Shown: in pieces, positions 49,306 through 59,441 of the stretch
How positions within the stretch are numbered: the first letter of the stretch is position 1
Layout: every line of letters starts with the position of its first letter
Source of the DNA: Candidatus Parcubacteria bacterium
GTDB taxonomy: Bacteria > Patescibacteriota > Patescibacteriia > UBA1558 > GWA2-36-10
Assembly: GCA_018664825.1 (NCBI GenBank)
Contig: JABJNO010000017.1
Location: forward strand, 163,011 to 227,010
Direction: 5' to 3'
Length of the DNA: 64,000 bases
Made by a program: the position numbers and the translations under genes
Notes under the pieces: model-generated
Told to the model about the DNA's origin: nothing
Database searches by the model: none
Seen by the model: only the letters and a program-made list of their open reading frames with translations

Positions 49306-49381
49306 GTCACCCTCTAATTCTCCTCTTTCGAGTAAACCCCCGTCGATTTTTTCGACGGGGGTCTTTATTTTATAAAAATTA

Positions 49382-51142
49382 TTAAGCAATAAACCCACCT
49401 ACCTGTTTTTCCCATAACCTTTTATAGAGGCCTCCTGATTTCTTGATAAGCACTTGGTGGGTACCCTGTTCTACTATATTTCCTTTATCCAAAACTAAGA
49501 TTCTATCCATCTTCATGATAGTAGATAATCTATGAGCGACCACTATTACTGTTTTATCTTTCATAAGATTGGCTAAAGCATCTTGAATCATCTCTTCTGA
49601 TTCAGAATCCAAAGAGGATGTTGCTTCATCCAATATCAAAATTGGAGAATTTTTAAGTATAGACCGGGCAATAGCTACACGCTGACGTTCTCCTCCAGAA
49701 AGTTTTACTCCTCTTTCTCCAACATAGGTCTGATAAGCTTCGGGAAAATCATTTATAAATTTATCAGCATGTGCTAATTTGGCAGCTTTTTTAATTTCTA
49801 AATCTGTAGCCCTTGGCTGACCATAGCGAATATTTTCTTTGAGAGTCCTGTGAAACAATATTGGATCTTGATTGACCAAGGATATATTTTTCCACAAAGA
49901 ATCTTGAGTAACACCAATTATTCTTTGATCATCTATCAAAATCTTACCCCCATCAATATCATAATTTCTGAGTAATAAATTTATCAAAGTAGATTTTCCA
50001 GAGCCAGATGGTCCAATTAGGGCTATTTTTTCCTTGGCTTTAATATTTAAATTAAAATTAGAGATAATCTTACGAGTCTTATTATAAGCAAAAGATACTT
50101 TCTTAAATTCTATTTGCCCTCCTTTTACTTTTAATACCTTGGCAGTTTTTACATCTTGAATTTCATGAGGCTGCTCTAATATTTCAGTCATTTCTTCTGC
50201 TTCGGCCATAGCTTCATAATATTTTCTAATAATACGACCAAAATTCCATAATCTCATCATAATAGTAATCAAATAAGTTTGAATCAAAACAAATTCACCC
50301 ACACTTATAATACCTTTTTGCCATAATGAAATAGCATAATACATAATACCAATCTCCAAAACCATCATAAGTAAAGTCTGAGCAGCTTCAAAATAATTAG
50401 CTAAATTCCAAGTGAATTGCCTCAATTTTTGTAATTGACCAGTTGCTGTTTTAAAATGCTTTCTCTCTCTGCTGTAGCCGGTAAATAATTTTAAATTTAA
50501 ATGGTTGGTAATAGTGTCAGCTAAAACTCCGGTGACTTTAGAATTTAATCCTGCTCTTTGCACATCGTATTTTAATTTGTACAAAGAAAAATAATAATTA
50601 ACTAGCATATAAATTATTATCCATATCAGTATTCCTAAACCTAGCCATATGTTTCGCTTACCTAAAAATATAATAATCAAAAATAAGTTTACGAAAATTG
50701 GTAAAAAATCCCAAAAAATTAAATCTGTCACCACTTCAAAAGATCTAGAAAATCTATTTACTTTTTTGACTAGTGATCCTACAAAATTATTATTGAAAAA
50801 AGAAATAGAATGCTTGTGCATATATGCAAAAGATGAGTTGGATATACTAGCCATAGCATTGGTCTGAAAGTATGCTGTCAAAAATGTAGCTGCTCTCCAA
50901 AAAATCCAAGAACTCAAATAAACGGCCAATACTTTCATCAAGGTAATTTTGAGCATTGGAATCTTATCAAGAGTATTATCTGAACTAGTTAGGATATCAA
51001 AAAAGTCTTTATAATATAACGGTCCAATGACATGACCAAGCGAAGCAATGGTTATAGAAACGATTATAAACCAAGGAGCCCATCTATATTGTACTAGATG
51101 TTTCCAAAAAATTTTAAATGTTTGTTTTGTTAAATACTGCAT
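49382..51142 (-). CDS. ABC exporter, fused permease/ATPase
   Basis: GPSGSGKST, LSGGERQR, ILDEATSSLD, AHRLST. Confidence 0.95.
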   Translation of the reverse strand: MQYLTKQTFKIFWKHLVQYRWAPWFIIVSITIASLGHVIGPLYYKDFFDILTSSDNTLDKIPMLKITLMKVLAVYLSSWIFWRAATFLTAYFQTNAMASISNSSFAYMHKHSISFFNNNFVGSLVKKVNRFSRSFEVVTDLIFWDFLPIFVNLFLIIIFLGKRNIWLGLGILIWIIIYMLVNYYFSLYKLKYDVQRAGLNSKVTGVLADTITNHLNLKLFTGYSRERKHFKTATGQLQKLRQFTWNLANYFEAAQTLLMMVLEIGIMYYAISLWQKGIISVGEFVLIQTYLITIMMRLWNFGRIIRKYYEAMAEAEEMTEILEQPHEIQDVKTAKVLKVKGGQIEFKKVSFAYNKTRKIISNFNLNIKAKEKIALIGPSGSGKSTLINLLLRNYDIDGGKILIDDQRIIGVTQDSLWKNISLVNQDPILFHRTLKENIRYGQPRATDLEIKKAAKLAHADKFINDFPEAYQTYVGERGVKLSGGERQRVAIARSILKNSPILILDEATSSLDSESEEMIQDALANLMKDKTVIVVAHRLSTIMKMDRILVLDKGNIVEQGTHQVLIKKSGGLYKRLWEKQVGGFIA

Positions 51143-51164
51143 AATTTTTTAATTATAGCATATT

Positions 51165-51239
51165 TGGCTCCGGGGGCAGGATTCGAACCTGCGATATCCA
51201 CGTTAACAGCGTGGCGTTGTACCACTCAACTACCCCGGA
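51165..51239 (-). tRNA. tRNA-Asn (GTT)
   Basis: tccggggtagttgagtggtacaacgccacgctGTTaacgtggatatcgcaggttcgaatcctgcccccggagcca. Confidence 0.92.
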
Positions 51240-51382
51240 AAATTAAAAAAACCGATCATCTGGACCGGTCAACTATGATTATATTATAAAAAAGCCGCCG
51301 GTATTAAAATCGGTTATTATTATTTAAATTGTTGGCTTTCTTATACATCATGTCTATATATTAACATAAAAACTCATATTTG

Positions 51383-51859
51383 TCAATTCCCTATTTTCTT
51401 TAGAATAACATCGATTTCATGAAGGACATTTTCAAACATCGGCAAAGTCTTTAAGTCACTCACCCCAAACCAACCAATGTCGTGAGATTCTTTTATTTGA
51501 CGACTTACCTTTTGCATAGGCACTTCAAAGACATAAACAAAATCTATATGATAGTGTTCTGGTTGACCACCATGAGGATCTATTGTTTCTTCCAAAATAA
51601 AAGTAGGCACTGGTAAAATCTTTGCTCGATCATCTATTTTTTTGACTTCCTGTAAAAAAGGTCTAATATCTACACCTGATTCTTCTTTTACTTCCCTGAC
51701 CGCTGCTTCAATAGGATTTTCCAATTTTTCTATATGACCACCAGGAGGCATCCATTTGTCAAACTTTTTGTGATGGGTCAACAAAATCTTACGAGGTTTT
51801 GCCTCGGATACCACAAACACAGTTGCTGTATATTGTTTTTGTCCTTTTACTATATCCAT
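51383..51859 (-). CDS. NUDIX hydrolase
   Basis: HHKKFDKWMPPGGHIE..AAVREVKEESG, HYHID. Confidence 0.9.
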   Translation of the reverse strand: MDIVKGQKQYTATVFVVSEAKPRKILLTHHKKFDKWMPPGGHIEKLENPIEAAVREVKEESGVDIRPFLQEVKKIDDRAKILPVPTFILEETIDPHGGQPEHYHIDFVYVFEVPMQKVSRQIKESHDIGWFGVSDLKTLPMFENVLHEIDVILKKIGN

Positions 51860-51914
51860 AGATAGATTCTAACACAAAATAAAAACCCCGCCAATTTCTT
51901 GACGGGGTTGTTTG

Positions 51915-53639
51915 TTAGTTGGTTATTGGCTCAGCAGCCTTCTGGTGAGCACGAGCACGTCTACGCAACTTTTCACCTTCAGTGATCTGAGCGACCTGCA
52001 TCTGGAGAAAATCTCCGATAAAGGTCTTTGTCACTGCTTCGTGGTCAGTCGGTAGACCAAACTCAGTCAAGGCCAAGATAGCCACTGTCTCTTGATAGCG
52101 AATCAGATAAGCATCTTTTACTTCACACCTGAACCACAACTTGTGACTACAGTTGAAAGTCAAAATGCCATTTTCGCGATCAAAAGTATATGCTTCACTG
52201 GAGCGAGGCATATAATCAAAGGCGAATTGCAGACCACTGCTACTACCTTTGACAGTCTTTCGCCTCTGACCCTTTGGACCTTGGACCGTGATAGGAGTGT
52301 GACCCTGCATCTCATCGGGTCGGACTCTATCCTTGCCCTTGGCACCAGACCCCTTGCCCGTGTCTTTGAGCTTGGGAGCTGACATCGCAGGATTATCCTG
52401 CGTAGCCTTGGGAGGCAAATCAGCATGACCTTTTCCGGTCGTGCCAAAAGCAAAATTCTCGATCAGGTCTTTGAGACCTCTTTGCTCAAGAATACCCTCG
52501 ACTACCGAAATAGCTACCAAACCAAGTCGCTGAAAGCGAGCCTCTTTGGAGCTATTTTGGATCTCACCCATGATCTCCTTGCCAACTTTGTTCCACCACT
52601 CTTCGATGCACATACACATGTCAACGAAGTTGTCGCTGTCCACAAACCGCTTACGGTCAGGATGGAGCTTGACGCGAGTAGCGGTGATTTCACCCTCAAA
52701 TATTCCTGATCTGAGAGCATCTATCGCTTCTTCGGGGAGGCCCAAAGATTTGACCTTGTCCCAAAAAGTCTTGGTAGTAAAACGAAATTCATCGTTTCGT
52801 TCACCAAAAAGTACCTTACCTCTCCGATCTTTCTTCTTGCCCTGCTTGGGGGCAATAAAAAGATCAAAGTAAGTAACTACTTTACTATCAGCTACCTCGA
52901 AAATCACCGGTTCGATAGGCTGGCCCTCAAAGCCAGATGCCTCAACCTTGTATGCCCTTTTGGCATTGGATTCATCGATATAATCAATATCAACGACCAC
53001 GCCACGCTTGTGCATGACTGTGCCAAAACGCTCCAAAATAGCGCCGTTGAGTTGATGAGGAGTCAGACGGGTAAGCTCCCTATCCTTGGTGATTTTCATC
53101 ACTCTCACCTGAGTACGCCAATCGACATAAATAGGCGTCCTGCCGCGAGCAGACCTCTTTTTGGAAGTCTCACGTCCAGGAGCATAGGTGTGCCACTTGA
53201 GCGGTGTCATGGGAATACCTTCCCCAACTACCAAGCCCTTGACCTCATCCGAGATAAACTTCCACTCGACATATGCATTGACGCCGTTTGCCTTTGCGCA
53301 AGACGTAAAGGTAAACATGTCACACTTATCGAGCGGAGAAATCAATCCCCGACCGAAACGACCAAGTTTTCCACTTGTCTTCATGGTCTGAAAAATCTGA
53401 CCAAGAGCCTGCTCAAACTTGTCCTTGGTGACACCTTCGCCGTCATCCATTACTTCGAGAGTCCGTTTTGAAAGATTCAGTTTGACTCGGATATTTTTGG
53501 CATTGGCATCTAGTCCATTTTGGATAATCTCCAAAATGAAATCCTGAAGATAAGGATAACACTGAGCGGCTGCCAAAAGCGCTCCTCCTAAATGTACACC
53601 AAGCTTACTTTCTCCAGCAGTCGCACGTCGAGCGTTCAT
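51915..53639 (-). CDS. GHKL (MORC/Hsp90-like) ATPase
   Basis: EIIQNGLDA, DDGEG, K..GKLGRFGRG. Confidence 0.8.
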   Translation of the reverse strand: MNARRATAGESKLGVHLGGALLAAAQCYPYLQDFILEIIQNGLDANAKNIRVKLNLSKRTLEVMDDGEGVTKDKFEQALGQIFQTMKTSGKLGRFGRGLISPLDKCDMFTFTSCAKANGVNAYVEWKFISDEVKGLVVGEGIPMTPLKWHTYAPGRETSKKRSARGRTPIYVDWRTQVRVMKITKDRELTRLTPHQLNGAILERFGTVMHKRGVVVDIDYIDESNAKRAYKVEASGFEGQPIEPVIFEVADSKVVTYFDLFIAPKQGKKKDRRGKVLFGERNDEFRFTTKTFWDKVKSLGLPEEAIDALRSGIFEGEITATRVKLHPDRKRFVDSDNFVDMCMCIEEWWNKVGKEIMGEIQNSSKEARFQRLGLVAISVVEGILEQRGLKDLIENFAFGTTGKGHADLPPKATQDNPAMSAPKLKDTGKGSGAKGKDRVRPDEMQGHTPITVQGPKGQRRKTVKGSSSGLQFAFDYMPRSSEAYTFDRENGILTFNCSHKLWFRCEVKDAYLIRYQETVAILALTEFGLPTDHEAVTKTFIGDFLQMQVAQITEGEKLRRRARAHQKAAEPITN

Positions 53640-54373
53640 GAATTCACCTTCCCGATTTGAGCTTTGAGCTCAGCCATGAAAATCTTGCGAGATTCTTTGC
53701 TGCAGAGAGCCAGAAGCATTCTGGCCAACTCTTGCAAACCATCATCTGGGATGCTGTTACGAAGTTCCCGACGCTCAGCGTCGCTAAACTTGTCGCTAAG
53801 TAAATACATTGCGACCGGCATCATTGCTTGAACCTGATGTCCGAGAACACCGATAGTTGCCTGGTGTCTTAGAGAATCCGGATCGTGAGACGATACCATG
53901 GGCCGAGTGGGCTTATTGGCTTCTTCCTTTTTCTTGTAAGGAGCCAAAAAACGATTCCACTTGTCCCTAGCACTTTGCCTAGAAGAAAATTTTTGTCTTC
54001 CAACCAACAATGCCAACAATGAATCATGAGCTTTGAATCCCAAGGATTCCTGAGCAAAATCAAATGTGACTTCGCCATCAGAAAAGATCTCCGCCAAACG
54101 ACGTACACATCGATGAATGGCCTTGAGCTCCTGGCAAAGATATCCTTGCCTTTCCAAAAAAACTCGGCATCGAACCAAATTTTCACCAATAGGCATGACA
54201 CTGCCTGTTACCCAACGGTAAACTGCGCGATCAACCATATTGGTATAGTCTGCCATGGGCTTTCGTGCCCCTTTGGCTGCTCTACCTGTTGCTAAAGTTT
54301 CACCATAAGCAATTAGGCATTCCTGGGTTGTACCGACGAATTTGTATCCGCCTGCATTGTTTCCATCATTCAT
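53636..54373 (-). CDS. Putative HTH DNA-binding protein
   Basis: MADYTNMVDRAVYRWVTGSVMP (Cro/XRE-like helix-turn-helix); ATGA overlap with the GHKL gene. Confidence 0.55.
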   Translation of the reverse strand: MNDGNNAGGYKFVGTTQECLIAYGETLATGRAAKGARKPMADYTNMVDRAVYRWVTGSVMPIGENLVRCRVFLERQGYLCQELKAIHRCVRRLAEIFSDGEVTFDFAQESLGFKAHDSLLALLVGRQKFSSRQSARDKWNRFLAPYKKKEEANKPTRPMVSSHDPDSLRHQATIGVLGHQVQAMMPVAMYLLSDKFSDAERRELRNSIPDDGLQELARMLLALCSKESRKIFMAELKAQIGKVNS

Positions 54374-54568
54374 CTCTTCTCCTTCCAAGGGTGTGAGGTG
54401 TTGACTATCTATTGTTTCTTGAAAAGCTATAACCAACTTATCAAAGAACCCTTATATATGAACGTAATTGTCCATAATACAACAATATAAAATAACATTT
54501 TTAGTAAAATCTGTCAACATTTAAAAAACTCCCAAAAAAGGGAGTTTTTTATAAATTACTGAGCAAAT

Positions 54569-57241
54569 CTAAGTCCTGTGCCTTTTACGATAAGTGATAA
54601 ATATCCATTTTACAGTCTCTATCAATAAGAGACCTATTACAATAACGCCCATAAGTATCTCCCATTCTTGCCAGCCCAGAGGAACTGTTCTCAAGACACG
54701 ATTGAAAAAAGGAATATATATTGAGGATAGTTGCAAAAATAATCCCAACACAACTGCGGCATTTAAATATTTATTTCTAAATGGTTTTGATTTCAAAATA
54801 ATCCTATCCAAACTTTTTACACTAAATACATAAAATAAAGTATCAATACCCAAGGCTGTAAAAGTAACTGTTCTAGCCAAATCTAGATTACCTGTCTCTT
54901 TCCAAAAATAATAAAATAATCCCAAACTGCTACCACTAGTAATCAAACTAATAATAACAATCAAAACTCTTCCTTCAAAATCAACTAAGGATTTTTCTTT
55001 TGTTGGCCTCTTGTTCATAATTTCTGGATCCTCAGGCTCCATAGTCAGGGCTAATGCCGGGAAGCCATCACTAACCAAGTTGACCCACAAAATCTGTGCA
55101 GCCAAAATTGGTAATGGAATTTGCAACAACAAACTACCTACAATAATCAAAACTTCTGAAAAACTATCAGACAGCAAATATAAAATTACTTTTTTGATGT
55201 TTGCAAATATCACCCTCCCCTGCTTGATAGACATCACGATAGTTTCAAAATTATTATCAAGCAAAACTAGATCCGCAGTTTCTTTGGCTACATCAGAACC
55301 GCTAAATACAGCTACTCCTATATCAGCAGCCTTGAGCGCCGGCGCATCATTGACGCCATCGCCAGTCATAGAGACTATTTCTCCTTTTTTTTGCCAAGCA
55401 TTGATAATACGTAATTTATCAGCCGGCGTCACCCGAGCATAAACTTTTATATCTTTGATTCTTTTACTCAGTTCTTCGTCTGTCATTTTGAGAAGCTCAT
55501 CGCCAGTCACCACAGTGTCCTTGGTTGTGGCTATGCCTAGATCTTTGGCAATCTTGTTGGCAGTAAATTTATTATCACCCGTGATAATAACAGTCTTGAT
55601 GCCGGCAGACAGTGTCTTGGCCAATGTCGCCTTTGTCTCTGGACGAAGTGGATCAGATAATCCCCAAATACCTACAAAAGTAAAACCCTTAGGCTCATCC
55701 TTGAAATCATCAAAGTCTTTGAAATTTTTTGATACCAAACGATAACCACCACCCAAAACACGCAAACCTTTTTTACTAGCTTCTTGCCATTTTTTATTAA
55801 AAAGATCTTCTTTGGCTTTGGTGAGCTTGCTAGTTTTTTTACCATCTAAATATTTATCTGAAAAACTAAGCATTTTTTCTGGAGCACCCTTGATAAACAA
55901 AATATCCTGCCTAGCGTCATAGCTATGCCTAGTTATCATATATTTTCGGAGAGAATCAAAAGGAATCTCTTCTAAACGAGGATATTTTTTGTTTAAGCCT
56001 TTTAAGTCATATCCCCTGGAACCAAACAATAACAAAGCTTTTTCTGTTGGACTACCTATCACCAACCAAGTATCTTGACTATCTTTTGGATTTTGAACAA
56101 TCGAATCATTACACAAAAAGGCAGTGTGCCCCAACATAGTAAGCTCTTTGTCTATGTCCATATCCCGCAAAGATTCCACCGCCAAATCCACCTGATGGCT
56201 AGCAGAGATAAGCTGAGTAACCCTCATCTCACCCTCGGTCAAGGTGCCTGTCTTGTCTGTACAAATCACAGTAGTAGAACCCAGTGTCTCGGCAGATACC
56301 AATTTTCTAACCAAACCATTGTGCTTGAGTATCCTCTGCATACCAACTGTCAAAATCATAGTCATACTTATGACCAATCCCTCAGGAATAGCAGAAACCG
56401 CGACTGCGACCGCCATAGTAAACATATGAGCCCATTCATATCCCTGAACAATACCCAAAACAAACAACAGGAACACAATAACCATGATTATCTTGGTGAT
56501 ATTTTTGGCAAAATTATCAAGTCTTTTTTGTAAAGGTGTTTTTTCTTCTTTGGTTTCTTTGAGTAATTGTGTAATCTTGCCCATCTCAGTTTGAAGGCCT
56601 GTGCTCGTCACTACTACCTGAGCCCGCCCTTCTACTATCAAAGTACCCATAAAAACCATATTGCTTCTTTCTGCCAATACAGTCCCTACATCCAAGGTAC
56701 CCAATTTTTTCTTGACTGGCCAAGATTCTCCTGTTAGCGAAGCTTCATTGACTTCAAAGTCATTGAGAATAACCAAGTATCCATCAGCCGGCACTCTATC
56801 TCCTGATTGCAACAAAATAATATCTCCTGGTACGAGTTCATTTGCTTCTACTTTTTTTTCGTGTCCACTTCGCAAAACAATACTTTCTTTTTTGACAATC
56901 TTGTTTAGTTTTTCCAAAGACTTGTTGGCTTTGTACTCTTGAAAAAACCCAACTACTACATTGAGAAAAACTGCTGCAAAAATAACATAAGCATCTACAA
57001 ACTCTCCAAAAAAGAAGCTCACAGCACCAGCAATCAATAAAACATACACCAAAGCACTTTTAAATTGTGATAAAAGCAAACGCCAAGCAGAAAACTTTTC
57101 TGCCTGAGCTAAAATGTTTAAACCATGTTTATTTAGACTTTTCTTGGCCTCATCATCAGACAAGCCTTGTTTGCTACTATTTAGCTGCTTCAAAACTTGA
57201 GCCGAGCTTAAAGTGTGCCAATTGATATCAATCTTTGACAT
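54569..57241 (-). CDS. P-type cation-transporting ATPase (type IIA, Ca2+-like)
   Basis: TGES, IPEGL, DKTGTLT, KGAPE, TGDGVNDAPAL. Confidence 0.95.
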   Translation of the reverse strand: MSKIDINWHTLSSAQVLKQLNSSKQGLSDDEAKKSLNKHGLNILAQAEKFSAWRLLLSQFKSALVYVLLIAGAVSFFFGEFVDAYVIFAAVFLNVVVGFFQEYKANKSLEKLNKIVKKESIVLRSGHEKKVEANELVPGDIILLQSGDRVPADGYLVILNDFEVNEASLTGESWPVKKKLGTLDVGTVLAERSNMVFMGTLIVEGRAQVVVTSTGLQTEMGKITQLLKETKEEKTPLQKRLDNFAKNITKIIMVIVFLLFVLGIVQGYEWAHMFTMAVAVAVSAIPEGLVISMTMILTVGMQRILKHNGLVRKLVSAETLGSTTVICTDKTGTLTEGEMRVTQLISASHQVDLAVESLRDMDIDKELTMLGHTAFLCNDSIVQNPKDSQDTWLVIGSPTEKALLLFGSRGYDLKGLNKKYPRLEEIPFDSLRKYMITRHSYDARQDILFIKGAPEKMLSFSDKYLDGKKTSKLTKAKEDLFNKKWQEASKKGLRVLGGGYRLVSKNFKDFDDFKDEPKGFTFVGIWGLSDPLRPETKATLAKTLSAGIKTVIITGDNKFTANKIAKDLGIATTKDTVVTGDELLKMTDEELSKRIKDIKVYARVTPADKLRIINAWQKKGEIVSMTGDGVNDAPALKAADIGVAVFSGSDVAKETADLVLLDNNFETIVMSIKQGRVIFANIKKVILYLLSDSFSEVLIIVGSLLLQIPLPILAAQILWVNLVSDGFPALALTMEPEDPEIMNKRPTKEKSLVDFEGRVLIVIISLITSGSSLGLFYYFWKETGNLDLARTVTFTALGIDTLFYVFSVKSLDRIILKSKPFRNKYLNAAVVLGLFLQLSSIYIPFFNRVLRTVPLGWQEWEILMGVIVIGLLLIETVKWIFITYRKRHRT

Positions 57242-57321
57242 GAATTTATTATACCATACAAAGCTCTTCTACATAAATCAAAACTTTGATATAATTCTGT
57301 ATATTATATATAATATAAAAC

Positions 57322-59139
57322 ATGAAAGTAATAAACAAAATAAAAATCGATATTCAGGGAGCAATCAAAAAAACCTTTGAATATGACATAGACGTCGACA
57401 AAATCGAATTAGTTTTTCCACTTGAAGAAAAATACGGCGATTATGCCTTCAATTGTTTTGCCTTGGCCAAAGAATTGTCCAAAAATCCACATGATATTTC
57501 TGCTGAATTAGCCAAAAATCTATCAAACAGTGATTTTGTTACCGAAGTAAAAAGTGCTGGTCCATATCTAAATTTTTATATAAATGACGATTTTCTCAAA
57601 GATATTTTGTTGGAAATAAATACTAACAAAAAATTTGGTAATTCTGATATAGGTCGTGGTCAAAAGATATTGATTGAATTTTCTGGACCAAACACAAACA
57701 AGCCTCAACATATCGGCCATGTCCGCAATGATTGTTTGGGACAAAGTCTAGTAAATATTCACAATGCTTGTGGCTACAAAGTGATTCCTACCAATATTAT
57801 AAATGATCGCGGTATCCATATAGTCAAAAGCATGCTAGCCTGGCAAGAGTTTGGTAAAGGTGAAACTCCAGAAAGCTCTGGTGTCAAGGGCGATCACTTG
57901 GTTGGTAAATATTATGTAAAATTTGGTCAGCTCCTCAAAGAGGAAGAAGAAAAATACAAAAAAGAGCATAAGCTTGATTTTGATGCTCTAGATAATCTAG
58001 CTCGCCGTAAAGCCGAAGATAATTTTTTGTCTCAATCCAGTTGGATGCAAAAAGCTCGCGACATGCTCCAAAAATGGGAAGCCAATGACGCCGAAGTACG
58101 TAAGCTCTGGAAAATGATGAATGATTGGGTTTATGATGGCTACAAACAAACTTATGCGGATCTAGGAGTAAACTTTGATCACGTTGATTATGAAAGTGAT
58201 ACCTATCTACTAGGCAAAGATTTGGTTGAGCTTGGACTAAACAAAAAAGTATTTTTCAAAAAAAATGACGGTTCTGTTTGGATTGACCTCACAAAAGATG
58301 GCCTGGATGAAAAAATAGTCCTCAGGAGTGACGGCACTTCTGTCTATATGACTCAAGATATTGGTACAGCTGAAAAAAGATACAAAAAATTTAAATTTGA
58401 TAAAGCAGTTTATGTAGTTGCCAACGAACAAGAATACCATTTTAAAGTATTATTTTTGATTTTGAAAAAACTGGGCTTTGAATGGGCAGATGACTTGCAT
58501 CACCTATCATATGGCATGGTCAGCCTACCAGATGGCAAAATAAAATCACGCGAAGGTAAAACTGCTGATGCTGATAGCATCATAGAAGAAATGACCACCA
58601 AGGCAAGTGAAATAATGTCTCAAGCTCAAAAGCAGGTCAAGAAAACAAAAAAAGAAAAACAAGACATTTCAAAAATAGTAGGTTTGGGTGCTTTGAAATT
58701 TTTTATGCTTGGTACCAACCCACAAAAAAATATCACTTACAAAGCAGAAGAATCAATTTCTTTTGATGGCTACACTGGTACTTTTATCCAATACACTCAT
58801 GCTCGTATTTCTACGATGCTAAACAAAGGAAAAAAAATAAAGCCTGTCAAAAAACTAGACACACCTCAATTTGAATTGGAAGAAAAAAGATTGTTGAAAA
58901 GTCTAGCCACCTTACCAGATATAATAATCAACTCTGCCATGACATACAATCCGGCAGATTTGTGTCATCGCTTGTTTGAAATCGCAAGGTTGTACAACAA
59001 CTTTTACCAACAACACTCCGTCCTAAATGCAGATGACGACAATACAAAACAGATCCGAATGAATATTTCTCTGGCTACCAAAAATACCATCAGAAAAGGA
59101 CTAGAACTTTTGGGTATAGAATCTCCTGAAATTATGTAA
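57322..59139 (+). CDS. argS: Arginine--tRNA ligase
   Basis: GPYLNF, PNTNKPQHIGH, KSREG, QYTHAR. Confidence 0.96.
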   Translation: MKVINKIKIDIQGAIKKTFEYDIDVDKIELVFPLEEKYGDYAFNCFALAKELSKNPHDISAELAKNLSNSDFVTEVKSAGPYLNFYINDDFLKDILLEINTNKKFGNSDIGRGQKILIEFSGPNTNKPQHIGHVRNDCLGQSLVNIHNACGYKVIPTNIINDRGIHIVKSMLAWQEFGKGETPESSGVKGDHLVGKYYVKFGQLLKEEEEKYKKEHKLDFDALDNLARRKAEDNFLSQSSWMQKARDMLQKWEANDAEVRKLWKMMNDWVYDGYKQTYADLGVNFDHVDYESDTYLLGKDLVELGLNKKVFFKKNDGSVWIDLTKDGLDEKIVLRSDGTSVYMTQDIGTAEKRYKKFKFDKAVYVVANEQEYHFKVLFLILKKLGFEWADDLHHLSYGMVSLPDGKIKSREGKTADADSIIEEMTTKASEIMSQAQKQVKKTKKEKQDISKIVGLGALKFFMLGTNPQKNITYKAEESISFDGYTGTFIQYTHARISTMLNKGKKIKPVKKLDTPQFELEEKRLLKSLATLPDIIINSAMTYNPADLCHRLFEIARLYNNFYQQHSVLNADDDNTKQIRMNISLATKNTIRKGLELLGIESPEIM

Positions 59140-59221
59140 ATTTTTTCTACGCAGCGAGGCATTTGCCTCGCTATTTTTTTTGAAACAAAAAACAACCCTG
59201 TTGGGATGTAATTTTTAAAGA

Positions 59222-59298
59222 TGGTGCGCCCAGAGGGATTCGAACCCCCGACCATCAGCTTAAAAGGCTGTTGCTCTACCAGGCTGAGCTATAGGCGC
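59222..59298 (-). tRNA. tRNA-Lys (TTT)
   Basis: gcgcctatagctcagcctggtagagcaacagcctTTTaagctgatggtcgggggttcgaatccctctgggcgcacca. Confidence 0.95.
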
Positions 59299-59441
59299 AA
59301 AATGTAAAATACGGGAATTATTATATACAATAATTTGCAATATGTCAACACAAATAAGTCCCTAATTGACAAAAAAGCTTTAAAATAGTAGAGTAAAGCG
59401 TTAACTTTTGTACTTTTCAAAACTAAACAAGGAGGTGTGAA

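Noticed and set aside
59004-59255. 83-aa minus-strand ORF
   Set aside because: It starts inside tRNA-Lys and overlaps argS in antisense.
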